DNA of 64,000 nt, from the NCBI RefSeq assembly GCF_009914755.1, contig NC_060927.1; one strand, written 5' to 3'. Source of the DNA: the human T2T-CHM13v2.0 reference genome, Homo sapiens. The position numbers and the translations under genes were made by a program. Shown one piece after another: positions 27,151 through 41,349 of this stretch (its first letter is position 1; every line of letters starts with the position of its first letter). The notes under the pieces are model-generated. The model was not told where the DNA came from. It worked only from the letters and a program-made list of their open reading frames with translations, and ran no database searches.

Positions 27151-27983
27151 TAGATGCACTTTCAGTACCCCTGCTGTGTGCTGTGTGGGTGGGTACTGAG
27201 TGGGCGGCGGGAGGGGCACAAAGCTCTTCCTGCCTGACTCAGGCAACTGTGCTGGGTACTTTTTGCTGATATAAAATGGCGCTGTAGGAGCTGTTAGCAC
27301 AAAGGTAATGGAATCCAAGAGGAAGAATTAGCCAAGAGAGACGTTCAGACCAGTGGGAAGCGAAGCTGGTGTGGCGCGTGTTTGGGGGAGGGCACACATC
27401 TTGCTTTTCCACGTGCCAGAGAAGGGAGCTCTCAAACCATCCTAGAACTTTGGTCTTCACTGCTCTCTCCCCAGAAGCATCCTCTAAGGACTCGTTCTGT
27501 GCCCACACCTCCATACAAAGAAACAAACTAGACAGGGACAAATTCTGACTCCTCGACAGTCTAGCCAAACCTGTTCATCAACAAACTGGCCTGCTGGATG
27601 CAGACTTCACTGTTTCAGGGCAGGAGTTCCCCCAAGTGCCTGGCATACTTCCTGGGGCATCCAAGGCAAGACCTGGCCCCTGCCTCGACCCTCATGCCGT
27701 GGGTCCCTCTCTTTCTCACACCTCTCTCCTCTCTCTTCAGACCGACCCTGGGAGCCAACTGCCTGCCATCGGCCTCTCCTGTCCCTGCCTGCCCTGTCCC
27801 TTTCCAACAGGCAATAGATGAGGTTGCCAGGGAGCCCCTCTTGAGAATGGCGGCATGAGAGTCAACAAGCTGCCAGCACGTGTCCAAAACGGACAGCAAG
27901 TACTTAGTTCCTGGTGAGTGCTGGGTGTGCCACCCCGGGGTCCCAGCACTTTCTGACCAAAACAGAGCATTTAAGAAGGTCCT

Positions 27984-28291
27984 GGCCAGGTGTGATGGCT
28001 CACGCCTGTATCCTAGCACTTTGGGAGGCCGAGGTGGGCGGATCACCTGAGGTCGCGAGTTCGAGACCAGCCTGACCAACATGGAGAAACCGCGTATCTA
28101 CTAAAAACACACACAAAATTAGCCGGGCGTGGTGGTGCATGCCTGTAATCCCATAGTCCCAGCTACTTGGGAGGCTGAGGCAGGAGAGTCGCTTGAACCT
28201 GGGAGGCGGAGGTTGCAGTGAGCCGACTCCAGCCTCGGCAATTAAAGCAAAACTCCTTCTAAAAAAAGAAAAAAAGAAAAGAAAAGAAAAA
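27984..28291 (+). mobile_element. AluSp-like, right-arm deletion
   Basis: cctgaccaacatggagaaacc; gagccgactccagcc junction; TSD aagaa(g/a)gtcct. Confidence 0.95.
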
Positions 28292-28369
28292 AGAAAGTCC
28301 TCACTTGCCATGTCTGACTTCCAGATTTCCCAGCGTTTCCTTCTCCACTTTGTTGAGGTTCGTGGCTTG

Positions 28370-28612
28370 CAAAGGTTAGGAGCACTGGCTCTGGAGCAAG
28401 ACCGCCTAAATGTAAACCCAACCCAACCATTTGGAAGCTGTGTGATTCTGAGGAAGTTGTTAAACCTCTCTGGGCCTTCTTTGGTGCCTGTAAAGCAGAA
28501 ATAAGAATTCCTATGTCATAGAATTGTTGTGATGATTAAATGAGTTATTACATTTAAGTGATTAGAACCGTGCTTAGCACAGAGGAAGCACTCAAAAGTT
28601 AACTACTATTAG
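28370..28612 (+). mobile_element. MIR, near full length
   Basis: ggttaggagcactggctctggagcaagac...ttaaacctctctgggcct...ttgttgtgatgattaaatgagtt...gttaactactatta. Confidence 0.92.
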
Positions 28613-28869
28613 TGGTGTCTAAACTTTTTTCCCCAGGGAAGGATCAATGCATTTATCTGAGTCAAGTTCAACTTTGCACTCCAGTCCTTCAGGCAGGTAG
28701 AGAGGTATCTGAATCATGTGAAAACCGTTACCGGTTTGGGGGCGAATATCAGGAAGGAGATTTAGCCCTTAGAGATTTAAGGGCTTAAAGAGCCTCAGTC
28801 CCTGTTGACCACATAACATCTGCAGAAAAGAAAAAAAGAAGGAAAGAGCGCTGAAGGACCCACCCAGGG

Positions 28870-29340
28870 AGGAGGCTGAGCCGCGCTCCCTCTAGCCTCC
28901 CCAGAGGTGCATTCGTTAGGTTCCCGCCCCGGCCCCAGCCCCAGCCCCAGCATCAGCTCCGGTTCCTCTGCAGACGTTCAGCCCCTTCGGAAATGTAAAA
29001 CCCGGGAAGCGAAAGCTGCGGCGACCTCCCAGAGCCTCTCAGGCACGCGGCATCTCTCCCCACCGGCAGCGCCTTGAAATACCAAAGGCCTAGCCAAAGA
29101 TGGAACCGTTTTGTTGGGAGCTCGGGTTTCCCCCGCCGCGAGGCTGAGCCGGTGGCGCAGCTGCTCAAAGGTCACGCCCGAGACACGTCCGCACAAGCCC
29201 GGGTGGCGGGGCGGGCAGCGGGGAGAGAAGAGGGGAGTGGGGAGGGGGACGGGGGCAGGGGGGAGGGGCGCCACCTTCTCCAGGGCCCTGCGGGGTGGGC
29301 TCCCATCTTCATCTCGCAAGCATCCAACCCGGGGAGGTGG
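28870..29340. promoter_or_regulatory. Small CpG island / promoter-like element
   Basis: Dense CpGs in an otherwise CpG-depleted window; GC boxes (cccgcccc ~28923, ggggcggg ~29207); long G-tract run 29201-29270. Confidence 0.75.
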
Positions 29341-30273
29341 CTTTCCTCTCCCTACTAAGATTTTATTTTTGCAAAACAAAAGGGATGCCAAAAAAGCAAA
29401 AGTTCCTAAATGAAAAGAAAATGCTTCTTTAAAAATGCTAATTGTGAGCTTTTTATTATTGTTTTGGAATTTCAACTGATGGCTGAAAATCTAAATTTGG
29501 CCACAGGAAACCTGGAGCCAGTTAACCTTGAGAAGTTAAGTCTTCATTTTCTATTAAGTAAAATATTTGGGTTTGAATGCTTAGAGCCCTCTGCTTATGA
29601 TAAAAATAGAGGCACTGAGCAGTTTAACCACCTGTGTTTTCCTTGGATCGCATATTTTCCACAGTAAACAAGAAAACACAGATTGGAAATCCATTCATTC
29701 CTTCATAAGAGTGCTTCAGTTGGGGTTTATTTGTGTTTTCAATCAATAGAAACCAAAAACAACCTTTGCAGGGTTATGATATTTCATGCAAAGAAGCTCC
29801 AAGAAGCTCTTTTTATCCCCTCTGCAGCTATTTCTACATAAATCCCCAGATTTTTTTAACGCAGTTAATAATTATAATTCCATTTAGTTTTCTGAGCACA
29901 TACTACATGTTTTACCTGCTGTCATCTCATTTGTGATAACACTTGGAGAGTAGTTATTCTTAATTCTTATTTGCCAGATGAGAAGACAGGCTCAGAAAAA
30001 ATAAGCAGTAGCTAATAAGGGACACAGCCTTTACATCTGAGAGCTACAAAGCTGTGCTGATTCCACCACTAGAAACCATTTCCAGTGTTTAAATATTACT
30101 AAATAAATAGACGGTTAGATTCATGGACAGGAGTTTGTTCTTTTAATTCCCAAGCTTGCTCTTTAGGTGACAGGCATACAGTGGAAGACAAGTTTCTGGC
30201 CAGGGTAATACTATATAGCATTACTAAGCCTCTGAGCCTCAGTTTCCCTTCTCCAAAATGAGACATATATTTA

Positions 30274-30629
<356 letters not shown>

Positions 30630-30710
30630 GCTTAAGCTCTTTGGTCCATCACTGGCATGGCATAGTATTAATCACCCCTTTCCTGACTCCCTGCTTCTAT
30701 TCATCTAACT

Positions 30711-30875
30711 CTGTGGTTCTCAACGTTAAAATCTCCTGGAGGAGCTTTTAAAAATACAGATGCTTAGGCTTCGCAGCCAGAGATTCTGCTTTCATTGGCT
30801 TGAAGTATGGCCCAGGCCTCAGCATTTTTCAAAAGCTCCCCAGGTGAATGTGTAGCCAGGGTTGAATATTGATCT
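30711..30875. mobile_element. MER5-family MITE
   Basis: ctgtggttctcaacgtt...ggagcttttaaaaatacagatgc...agagattctg...aagctccccaggtga. Confidence 0.8.
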
Positions 30876-31082
30876 AACCTAGTGAACGACTCCAGTTTCA
30901 TCCACCCCAGCTGTGCTTTTATAAATGTAGTTACCATAACTGGAATTACTTTTTATAAAATCCAATAAGACTAGCGCTACCAGAGTCAATCTCAAAACAG
31001 ATGTGAGCTTTCACTCTATTTAATTGTGTATTTTGCTTAAATAAGTTAAGGTGTCTCACCAAAGCTTCAAAATGCTGTTAAG

Positions 31083-31137
31083 TGTATGTGTGTTTGTGTG
31101 TGTGTGTGTGTGTGTTTGTGTGTGTGTGCGTGTGTGT
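31083..31137. repeat. (TG)n microsatellite, imperfect
   Basis: gtgtatgtgtgtttgtgtgtg...gtgcgtgtgtgt. Confidence 0.95.
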
Positions 31138-31801
31138 TGTTGCTGATCCTTTCCTAAGGGACAGAGACAGAATAGTACTATAAGAACCAGAAGGTTCTAG
31201 GTCAATCTGATCCAATAATTGATTGGCCAAGTGAAAGAAATCACATAAAATATTTATTTAACCCAGGGATAATGCCCATTCTTTGGAACTGGCTTGTGTT
31301 AGACCCAGCCTAAGAGACTGGTCTGAGCTGGAGGTGGTAGAAGTATGAAAGTCAGGATAAGAGGTCAGGCCGGAGCCATTTGAATCCCCAGTGGCTCTAG
31401 GCTATTTTATGTACGATTAGTCTCTCATGTTGGCATCTATGAGAGATGTCAAACTTTCCAAGGCACTCCATCTAAATGTGATCCAATGACATAAGTGCCC
31501 AGGGAAAGCCCAAACACTCTTATCAATCAAAAAAGATTTAGTTTTCCTATATAGAAGGATCTACTGATTTCTTGATATACAGAAGAAATCTAGCGTTTGT
31601 TTTGTAAGTAAATGTCTATAATATTTTAAATGTTCATTAAACGTAAGCTTCTGCTTTGCTGGTTTGCATGACCCTAAGGGACCCATCTCCCCACTGCCAC
31701 ATCATGCACACACACAAACCTCACATACACACTTCACTGAAGTTTTGGGTTTTACATATGCATATACAGGTACTCATACACGGCCCCCCCCCACACACAC
31801 A

Positions 31802-32153
31802 CAGTGTCATGTGGTGCATAACAACGTTTCAGTCAACGATGAACTTCATATATGATGGCAGTCCCATAAGATTATAACACCATATTTTTAGTGTACCTTT
31901 TCTATGTTTACATATGTTAAGATACACAAATACTTACCATTGAGTTATAAGTGTCCACAGCATTCAGTGGATGACATGCTGTACAAGTTTGTGGCCTGGG
32001 AGCAATAGGCTGTACAATATAGCCTAGGTGTGTAGTAGGCCATACCATCCAGGTGTGTGTAAGTGCCCTCTATGGTGTGTTCACACAATGATGAAATCAC
32101 CTAACAATGCATTTCCCAGAACGCATCCCCATCCTTAAGTGGCGAATGACCAT
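31802..32153. mobile_element. Tigger3a/MER7A (TcMar-Tigger MITE)
   Basis: gcataacaacgtttcagtcaacga...gtcccataagattataa...gcctaggtgtgtagtaggc...gcatttcccagaacgcatcccc. Confidence 0.92.
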
Positions 32154-33101
32154 GTATATAAATGGAAGCAAGCATGTAGTTTCACTCAACCTCTGGTGAC
32201 ATGTTTAAGGTGAATGAAACACTACCTTTGGTGTTAGTTGACACTGTGGTCGGAACAGTGATTTCTCCAAACATCTTTGGTATGGACTGATATTCAAACA
32301 GGTCAAGCAATGCTGGGGACCTTTGGCCTTTACCTGTTACTTATAAATAATCTCAACCATACAAAACAGACAAAAGATTTTACTTAATGACTTAATGTAA
32401 AAATGCATGAAATTGCTTGCATGTTAAACTGCTGTGTTTCCCCTTGGCCATAGAAAGATTAACATTTCTGTTTGGGGAATGGTTTTGATCTTGCCTTCCA
32501 GCCACAGTATTTACATTCCAGTAAAGTTCATCTGGATTAGTTAATATTCACATGAATGAATATGCAGCCCCAGATCATGTTCTTAAATAAAATTAAATCC
32601 AAAGAAGGTGGGGAGACTTATTCTAATAAACTAAAGATGAAAATCACAAAAAGATGCAGAAATACTTGCTAATGTAAATGTCCATGATAAACTCTGGGCC
32701 AAAAAAAAAAAAATCATCTAAGGACTAAACCAAGGCAGGAACATACTGATGAAAGTGTGCCTAAAGGAAGAAACAGGGAAACCATCTTGTCAACCCAAAT
32801 ACATTGCCCTGCATAGATCAAAGATGGGTCTGTGCTTTAAAAAATTAAATTTAAAAAAATCATCCTAGATATGAGAAAGGACTTTGAAGTATCAGGGAAG
32901 TTGTCATTTCTTGTGTGAAATACAGGTATCAGATCAGAAATGCCGACTTGAACAAAGGAGCTAATGGTATAGTTTCCAGAGCAGGAAGTGTTTTCTGTCC
33001 CTACACCCCCGGCCTTTCTCTTTTCTGTAATGATATGTACTCTGAGTTTGAGGGGAGAGGTAACCTAATGAAAATGTTTTTTCTAATTTCTAAGAAATTA
33101 G

Positions 33102-33409
<308 letters not shown>

Positions 33410-34835
33410 GAAAATTACTGTCTAATGCAATAAACATTTATTGAGCACTTTCTATGTACCAGGCAGTCACTGGGCTAAGCATAAAGGTTCCAAGATGAGT
33501 GAGATCCAGTCACCTTCCTCAAGAAGCCCCAGCAGGGGATACAGCTTATATTGAAGATTCATCTGAGGTATTAGTGCAACCAGTTTCACAGCTGATAAAT
33601 TCAGTTGCTCACAACTTGAGGCTGGGGGGGTGGGAGGGAATGAGCAGGAGGTTTGGCAGTAACTTGAGCATGCCACCAGCTTTGAACTCTAGCCAATTTT
33701 TATGGTTAATGCTGGAAATTAACCCGATATGATCATCATTTCAAATCCAACAAAAGATTCCTCAGAGCCAGCCCTGGGCAAGGATTCATGGGAGGTGCTA
33801 TGGAGCGGGTAGAGATGAATAAATGAGGGTCCCCTGCTCCTCTAGAGGTTTCCAACCAAGTTTCCAGATAAGAAGGAAAACCCCGTAAGTAATGTCAAGG
33901 ACATCCCATTGTGTATGGTAGGGAAAGATGTAATTGGTTCTCTCCAACAGAAACTACAGTGTGGAAGAATAACGGGTTTGAAACGTGTGGAAGAATAATG
34001 CCTTAAAAGCACAGTAGGTCAAAATGCCAGAATGACAAATTAGCTTTGCTAACCACTTGGTGAATGGCCTTTTTTTCAGCACCTTGGGCTGATTAAGAAG
34101 TAGATATTAACTGATGAGTTTCTCTTTTCCAACACAGACATTTAACCCTTTGCAGAGAGGTTTTAGAAGCTATCAATTTGTAACTTAGGCTTTTCAGGAA
34201 AAGCGAAGTACTGGTGGTACATTTGAATTCCAAAGAGAGATGCTGGTAAAATCCCAAACCACCACCTCTAGGCAAGAATTGGAGCAAAAAGCATCACTTG
34301 AAGGAAATGTTACTTAATTGCTTGTTTTTTATTATTCTAACTGTCCACGTCCACTCCTTCAGCTATTTCCTCAAGTCTTCCCCTACCACCCAGGCCTGGA
34401 TGGCTGCTCCTGCACCTACATTCTTACAGGTCCCTGAGGTGTATCCCTGGATCTTACATCCCAGTCAGTACTGTTTCAGGCTCGTCTTTGACTGGGTCAC
34501 GGTTGTAGGTGTGGCCTTCCCAAATAATCTGGGACACCCTGACACGAAAGGTCACATCTGTCCCTCTGACTCCCCACTGCTCCTTGCACATCGTGGTTTG
34601 TACAATAGGGCTGAGCATGGGCTGACAATGGAAGCCTTGGACTTGGACCAGAAGACCTGGAGACCATGCCCCGTGTGGCCCCCAACTGACTAGTGATTGA
34701 CCTTGGAAAATTAGCTTTTTTCTGTCTGAGCTTTAGTGTCCCTGTCCATAGAGTGAAGAGGATAGATTCTTTAAGGCCCATCCCTAGTGTTCTATGATTG
34801 TGCGATTTCTAACAAATGCCAGATTGTACCTCCAT

Positions 34836-34876
34836 TTCTCTCTCTCTCTCTACACACACACAAACACACACACACT
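34836..34876. repeat. (TC)n(CA)n compound microsatellite
   Basis: tctctctctctctctacacacacacaaacacacacacac. Confidence 0.85.
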
Positions 34877-35721
34877 GAAACATGCACACGTACCCGCCTT
34901 GTACCTCACTTCTCCTTTCTTCTCCCTGTATTTGTGAAGTAGCAGGCAACTGTACCATTTCAAATGAAGCAAACACACAACCTCACATTATTGCTGTTAG
35001 GCCTCTACTGATAAATGCTCCTAAGACTGGCAGTTATTCTAACAATATCAACATAACATTGACCCCAACTCCCACTGAATACAAAACTGAGCACCACATG
35101 TGTCCAATTCTTCACCGTTTATAGGACAGTTTTACACCCTATCCTCTATAATTCTACAGTAACCTGTTATTGGTGAACCCATTTTACAGAAGCGGGTTCA
35201 GCACAGTCACATAGCTCTTCAGGAAGTTGTCTTCACTGCACAGAAACCAGCCGCCCCTCCTTGAGGTGCCTCAGGCCAGCTGCAGCTCCTTCTGCTCTAA
35301 GCCGGAGTCAGGAGGGAGTAGTGAGAGTTCACAATGAGAAAAGAACAAGGAGAAGAGATGGAGAAAGAGGAAGGGAGAGGAGAAGTGGGTAGCTATGGGC
35401 CTGATACTGAGGAAAAGTCCCCAGCCTTAACCTGACCTCAGCTCACAATGCCCTACACCTCCTGGGATTTAGAACCCGTGAGTTACTCTTCTGACCCTCT
35501 GCCACTTCCTTGCCCTCTCCTGCCCTCTCCCCTGCTGTGGCTTCCCTAAAAAGAATGTCCCTTGCAATCTCTCTCCAGCTGTTTGATCTTTTTAAATGTC
35601 CCTCACTTGTCTGTGGCATGTGCTTAAACCAAAAAATAGACCTTGGGCATTCAAGATGGGAAAGAGTATTAAAAGGCAAAAGCCTGCCTCGTGCCAGGGG
35701 TGTGGGCAGCCCCTAGATATC

Positions 35722-35852
35722 TATGATGACCAGATGTCCTGGATTTGCTGGGACAGGCCTAATTTAAAACCTTCTAGTCTCTTGCCCCATAAGTACCTTC
35801 ACACTTGTCAGACCATGTGTCCCTATTTGGGGCTTGGAAAATATAGTTACCA
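35722..35852. mobile_element. hAT-Blackjack MITE (MER94-like)
   Basis: Degenerate TIRs gatgaccagatgtcctggatttgctgggacag ... atatagttacc. Confidence 0.5.
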
Positions 35853-38800
35853 CATGGATACCCGATATCCAAGTGTCACACAGGCCCAGTGTCAGCGTCA
35901 GGGGTGGGAAGTGTACAGATATTGAAGCCAGATGGAGCTGCAGTCAACCAGCTCTGCCACTTACCATCTGTGTGGCTTCAGGCAGTTTTTATTCTTTCCA
36001 AGCCTCAGTTTCTTCATCTAGACAATGACTAGTTAACCAATAAGTCAGCCCCATAGAGTTTGCCTTATCAGCAAAACCAGTGCTCCTAGACACTTAATAC
36101 CTTCCAGCCATTCTGTCTGTGCTGTCATATTGTTTTAGTACTTCAGATTTTGGTCACATTTGATGCATTACTATTTAAAACATTAACATAAATGTATGGT
36201 TCAGGGAGCATCTTAAACAGCCATGATAATGGAACCAAAATACCCGAACAGATATAAAACATTCTTATTTCTTCCTGCCCATTTATTCTAAATCCCCCAT
36301 TCCTCAGGACTCCATTCATATCCACTACCCACTGTTCCCTAACAGTTTCATGTGGACTGATCCTGTCCCAGCGGGGTCAGGGTTCTCATCTGGATGTTGC
36401 TGTAGGCTCCAGGTGGCTTTTGCTTCTGTTCTCATGCCCTGCAATCCACTGGCCACAGCTCCAACAAGTGGACCTTCCTTGAGCGCCTTTCCCCACCTAG
36501 TACTCAAGGGCCAAGGTGGGCAATAGAAGGTGGGGTTGGGGGGTCCACTGTGGAGACAGAAATTGCTCTATCTGATCCTGGTCCCCACTAACCTGCTGTG
36601 TGACTTAGGGCTGGTCACTTGATTTTCCCAACCTCAGTACCCTCATCTGAAAACTAGAGTTGAATTTCCTATATCTTGCACCCATGAGAAGCATTTTCAA
36701 AGCCTTACTATTACTATGTCATTGTAAAGGATTTACTTACAACTGATACCTCAGAAATTGAAATGATCATTAGTGGCTACTATGAGCAACTATATGCCAA
36801 TAAATTGGAAAATCTAGAAGAAATGGGTAAATTCCTAGACACATACAACCCACCAAGACTGAACCATGAAGAAATGCAAAACCTGAACAGACCAACAATA
36901 AACAATGAGATCAAAGCTGTATAAAAAGTCTCCCAGAAAAGAAAAGCCCAGGATCTGATGGATTCACAGCTGAATTCTACCAAACATTTAAAGAAGAACT
37001 AATATCATTCCTGCTCCAACTATTCCAAAAAATAGAGGAGGGGGAATACTTCCAGACTCAGTCTATGAGGCCAGTACAACCCTGATACCAAAAGCCAGAC
37101 AAAAACACATTGAAAAAAGAAAACTGCAGACCAATATTTCTGATGAATAATGGTATAAAAATCCTTAACAAAATACTAGAAAAGCAAATTCAACAACAAA
37201 TTAAAAATATCATTCATGATGACCAAGTGGGATTTATCCCTGGGATGCAAGGATGGTTCAACATACACAAATCCATTAATGTGATACATCATGTATCACC
37301 AGAATGAAGGACAAAACCCATACAATCATTTCAATTGGTGCTGAAAAATCATTTGATAAAATTCATCATCTCTTCATGATAAAAACCCTCAAAAAAAAAC
37401 TGGGTGTAGAAGGAACATACTTCAATATAATAAAAACGCTACACAACAGACCCATAGCTAGTGTCACACTGAATGGGGAGAAACTGAGACCCTTCCCTCT
37501 AAGATTGGGAACATGACAAGGATGCCCACTTTCACTACTGTTATTCAACATAGTCCTGGAAGTGTTAGCTAGATCAATCAGACAGGAGGAAGAGATATAG
37601 AGTTTCCAAATTGGAAGGGATGGTGTCAAACCATCCTTGTTTGCAGATGATATGATCTTATATTTGGAAAAACTGAAGACTCCATCAACAAACTTTTAGA
37701 ACTGATCAACAAATTCAGTAAAGTTGCAGGATACAAAATCAACATACAAAAATCAGTAACATTTCTATATGCCAACAGGGAATAATCTGAAAAAAAATCA
37801 AGAAACTAATTCCATTTACAATAGCTACAAATAAAATAAAATACCTAAGAATTAACTAAAGTAGTTAAAGATCTCTATAATGAAAACCATAAAACATTGA
37901 TGCAAGAAATTGAAGAAGACACACAAAAAATGGAAAGATATTCTGTGTTCACTGATGGGAAGAATCCATATTGTTAAAATGTCCATACTATCCAAAGCAA
38001 TCTACAGATTTAAGTCAATCCCTATCAGCATACCAATGACATTCTTCACAGAAATAGAAAGAACAATTCTAAAATTTATATGGAACCACAAAAGACCCAG
38101 AATAGCCAAAGCTATCCTAAGCAAAAAGAACTAAATTGGAGGAGTAACATTACCTGACTTTAAATTATACTACAGAGCTATATTAACCAAAACAGCATGG
38201 TACTGGCCTAAAAACAGACACACATAGACCAGTGGAACAGAACAGAGAACCCAGAAACAAATCCATACATACACAGTGAACTCATTTTTGACAAAGGTGC
38301 TAAGAACATACATTAGGGAAAGGACATTCTCTTCAATAAATGGTGCTGGGAAAACTGGATATCCATATGCAAAAGAATTAAACTAGATCCTTGTCTCTTA
38401 CCACATACAAATATCAAATCAAAATGGAATAAAGACTTAAATCTAAGGCCTCGAACTGTGAAACTACCAAAAGGAAACATTGGGGAAGCTCTCCAGGACA
38501 CTGGACTGGGCAAAGATTTCTTGAGTTAATACCTCACAAGCAAGGCAACCATAGCAAAACTGGACAAATGGAATCACATCAAGTTAAAAAGCTTCTGCAC
38601 AGCAAAGGAGCAAATCAAGACTGCAATGAGATATCATCTCACCCCAGTTAAATTGGCTTTTATCCAAAAGTCAGGCAATAACAAATGTTGGAGAGGATGT
38701 GGAGAACAGGGAACCTTCGTACACTGTTTGTAGGAATGTAAATTCGTACAACCACTATGGAGAACAGTTTGGAGGTTCCTCAAAGAGCTAAAAATAGAGC

Positions 38801-39289
38801 TATTATATGATTCAGCAATCTCACTCTTAGGTATATACCCAAAAGAAAGGAAATGAGTCTATCAAAGAGACATCTGCACACCCATGTTTACTGCAGCACT
38901 AGTTACAATAGCCAAGCTTTGGAGGCAACCTAAGAGTCCATCATGGCTAAATGGATAAACAAAATATGGGACATATATGCAACCGAATACTATTCAGCCA
39001 TGAAAAAGAATGAGATCCCGTCATTTCCAACAACATGAATGGAACTGGAGGACATTATGTTAAGTGAAATAAGCCAGGCACAGAAAGACAAACTTCACAT
39101 TCTCACTTATTTGTGGGAGCTAAAATTTAAAATAATTGAACTCATGGAGATAGAAAATAGAAGGATGGTTATTAGAGGCTGGGAAGGGTAATGAGGGGGT
39201 TGATAGGAGAGTGGGGATGGTTCATGGGTACGAAAAATAGGAAGAATGAATAATACCTAGTATATGTGAGCATAACAGGGTGACTATAG

Positions 39290-39293
<4 letters not shown>

Positions 39294-39330
<37 letters not shown>
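39294..39330. repeat. (TA)n microsatellite
   Basis: About 18 TA units next to an Alu tail. Confidence 0.95.
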
Positions 39331-39612
<282 letters not shown>

Positions 39613-40157
39613 TCGTAAAAATAATTGAATCATACACTTAAAAATAACTGAAAGAGTATAATTGGATTGTTTGTAACACAAAGGCTAAATGCTTGATGTG
39701 ACGGATACTCCATTCACCCTGATGTGGTCATTATGCATTGCATGCCTGTATCAAAATACCTTATGTACCCCATAAATATGTACCACCTACTATGTACCCC
39801 CAAAAATTAAAAATTAAAATAAATTTAAAATTTTTTTTAAAGGATGTATTCCTCCACTCCCAAACCGCCTTCAGCAACTACTTCCAGGCACATCAAGTAA
39901 AAACTCAGCATTCAAAACCCTTCGAACACACCCAGCATTCAGAGTCCTCCATACTCTGGCCATACCCCCAAGCTTCTCTTACCTATTTCCCACGAGCACA
40001 TGCTTTTTGTACCGGCCATAGCCAGCCCCTTGCTGCTGGCTCACCCTTGCCTCTGAAGCTGTGCCATACTGTTCCCTTCACCAGGCACGCCCTCCATGCT
40101 CCTATCTAAGCATTCCCTCCTTGAGTCTCTCTAGACTGAGTCACATCCTTTCCCCAC

Positions 40158-40500
40158 TGCTATGGACTGAACTGTATCCCCCAAAAGCCATAGGTTGAAG
40201 CCCTAGCTCCCCGTGTGACTGTATTTGGAGACCTGGCCTTTATAGAAGTAATTAAGGTTAACTGAGATCATAAGGGTGGGGCCCTAATCTGATAGGATTG
40301 GTGTCTTCATAAGAACAGACTTGCTCTCTCTCTGTGGTCACATGACGACACAGTGAGCAGACAGCCTTCTGCAAGCCAGGAAGAGCACCCTCACTAACAA
40401 CCTAATTCGCCATCATCTTGATCTTGGATCTCCCAGCCTCCAGAGCCAGGAGAAAATAAATGACTATTGTTTAAGCCACCAGTCTATGGTATTTTAGCAA
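40158..40500 (+). mobile_element. MLT1A0-like MaLR LTR
   Basis: tgctatggactgaactgtatcccc...gtaattaaggttaactgagatcataagggtggggccctaatc...gagaaaataaat...tttaagccacc. Confidence 0.9.
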
Positions 40501-41349
40501 TCATTCATACACACACACAGCATCTGCTTTGTGCCAGCCACTATACAAGTCACTTTAGACGCAGTATCAGTTGATCTCCATTTTACAGATGAGAAAACCG
40601 AAGCTTAGATTAAGCAACTTGCCCAAGGTCACACATCTGGTGAGATTCCTAGCCAGTGGTAAATTGCATAACATTCAGCCAACAAACAGAGCAGCTGCCA
40701 TAAGCAGAGTTCTCAAATAATCATTTGTGTGGAAATCAAAAAGGAGGGCAACACAGTCTCTGCCCTCAGGAAACTCCGGAAGGGAGGAGAGGACAGGTAG
40801 GCCATGAGTTACAGGGGGCCACAAACGTCATAAACAGGCGTTTGTCAAAGGCCGCCGGAGAACCGGGAAGCAATGATTGGGCAAATCTGGGAAGACTTCC
40901 ACAGAGGAGGTGGCAAGCCGGAACAAGGCACACAAATGCCAGGTGCTCGTAGAGGGCTGGATACAATGGGGGCTTCACTACCAGGCCTGTCAGGTGGGGC
41001 ACCCCCAGAAAATCAGGCTGAGGTGACGGACTGGGACGTCTCGCAGCATGAGGCTGAGTTTAGGCAAAGCTGTCGGGGTCCCAGGACCCATGATTTCCCC
41101 CCACCCCCGTCTGCCCCATTCCCAACTTCTCTATGGGGCAGGAACTCGACGAGGGGCACCATGCTGCAGAGAAAGGGCGCCATGCCTTTGGGGCTGGGGC
41201 TCGGCAGAAGGTCCTCTGAGCGTGGATTCCAACAGGAGCTCTGCCGCCACCCAGCAGGGTGACCTTGAATACGTCTGCCCGCATGGCTGGGCTTCAAAGA
41301 CCTTGCCTGGGTGATGTGTGAGCACATGTGATTCCCGCTCACACCAGGC

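Noticed and set aside
33959-33998. 14-bp direct repeat gtgtggaagaataa flanking 12 bp (similar short pairs near 54437 and 56325)
   Set aside because: Consistent with ordinary slippage or repair scars; too short to support a function.
37110-38134. Reverse-transcriptase-like ORFs
   Set aside because: Fragments of a 5'-truncated L1MA ORF2 with stops (for example TGA at ~37514 in the GTRQG motif) and frameshifts; not an active or novel RT system.
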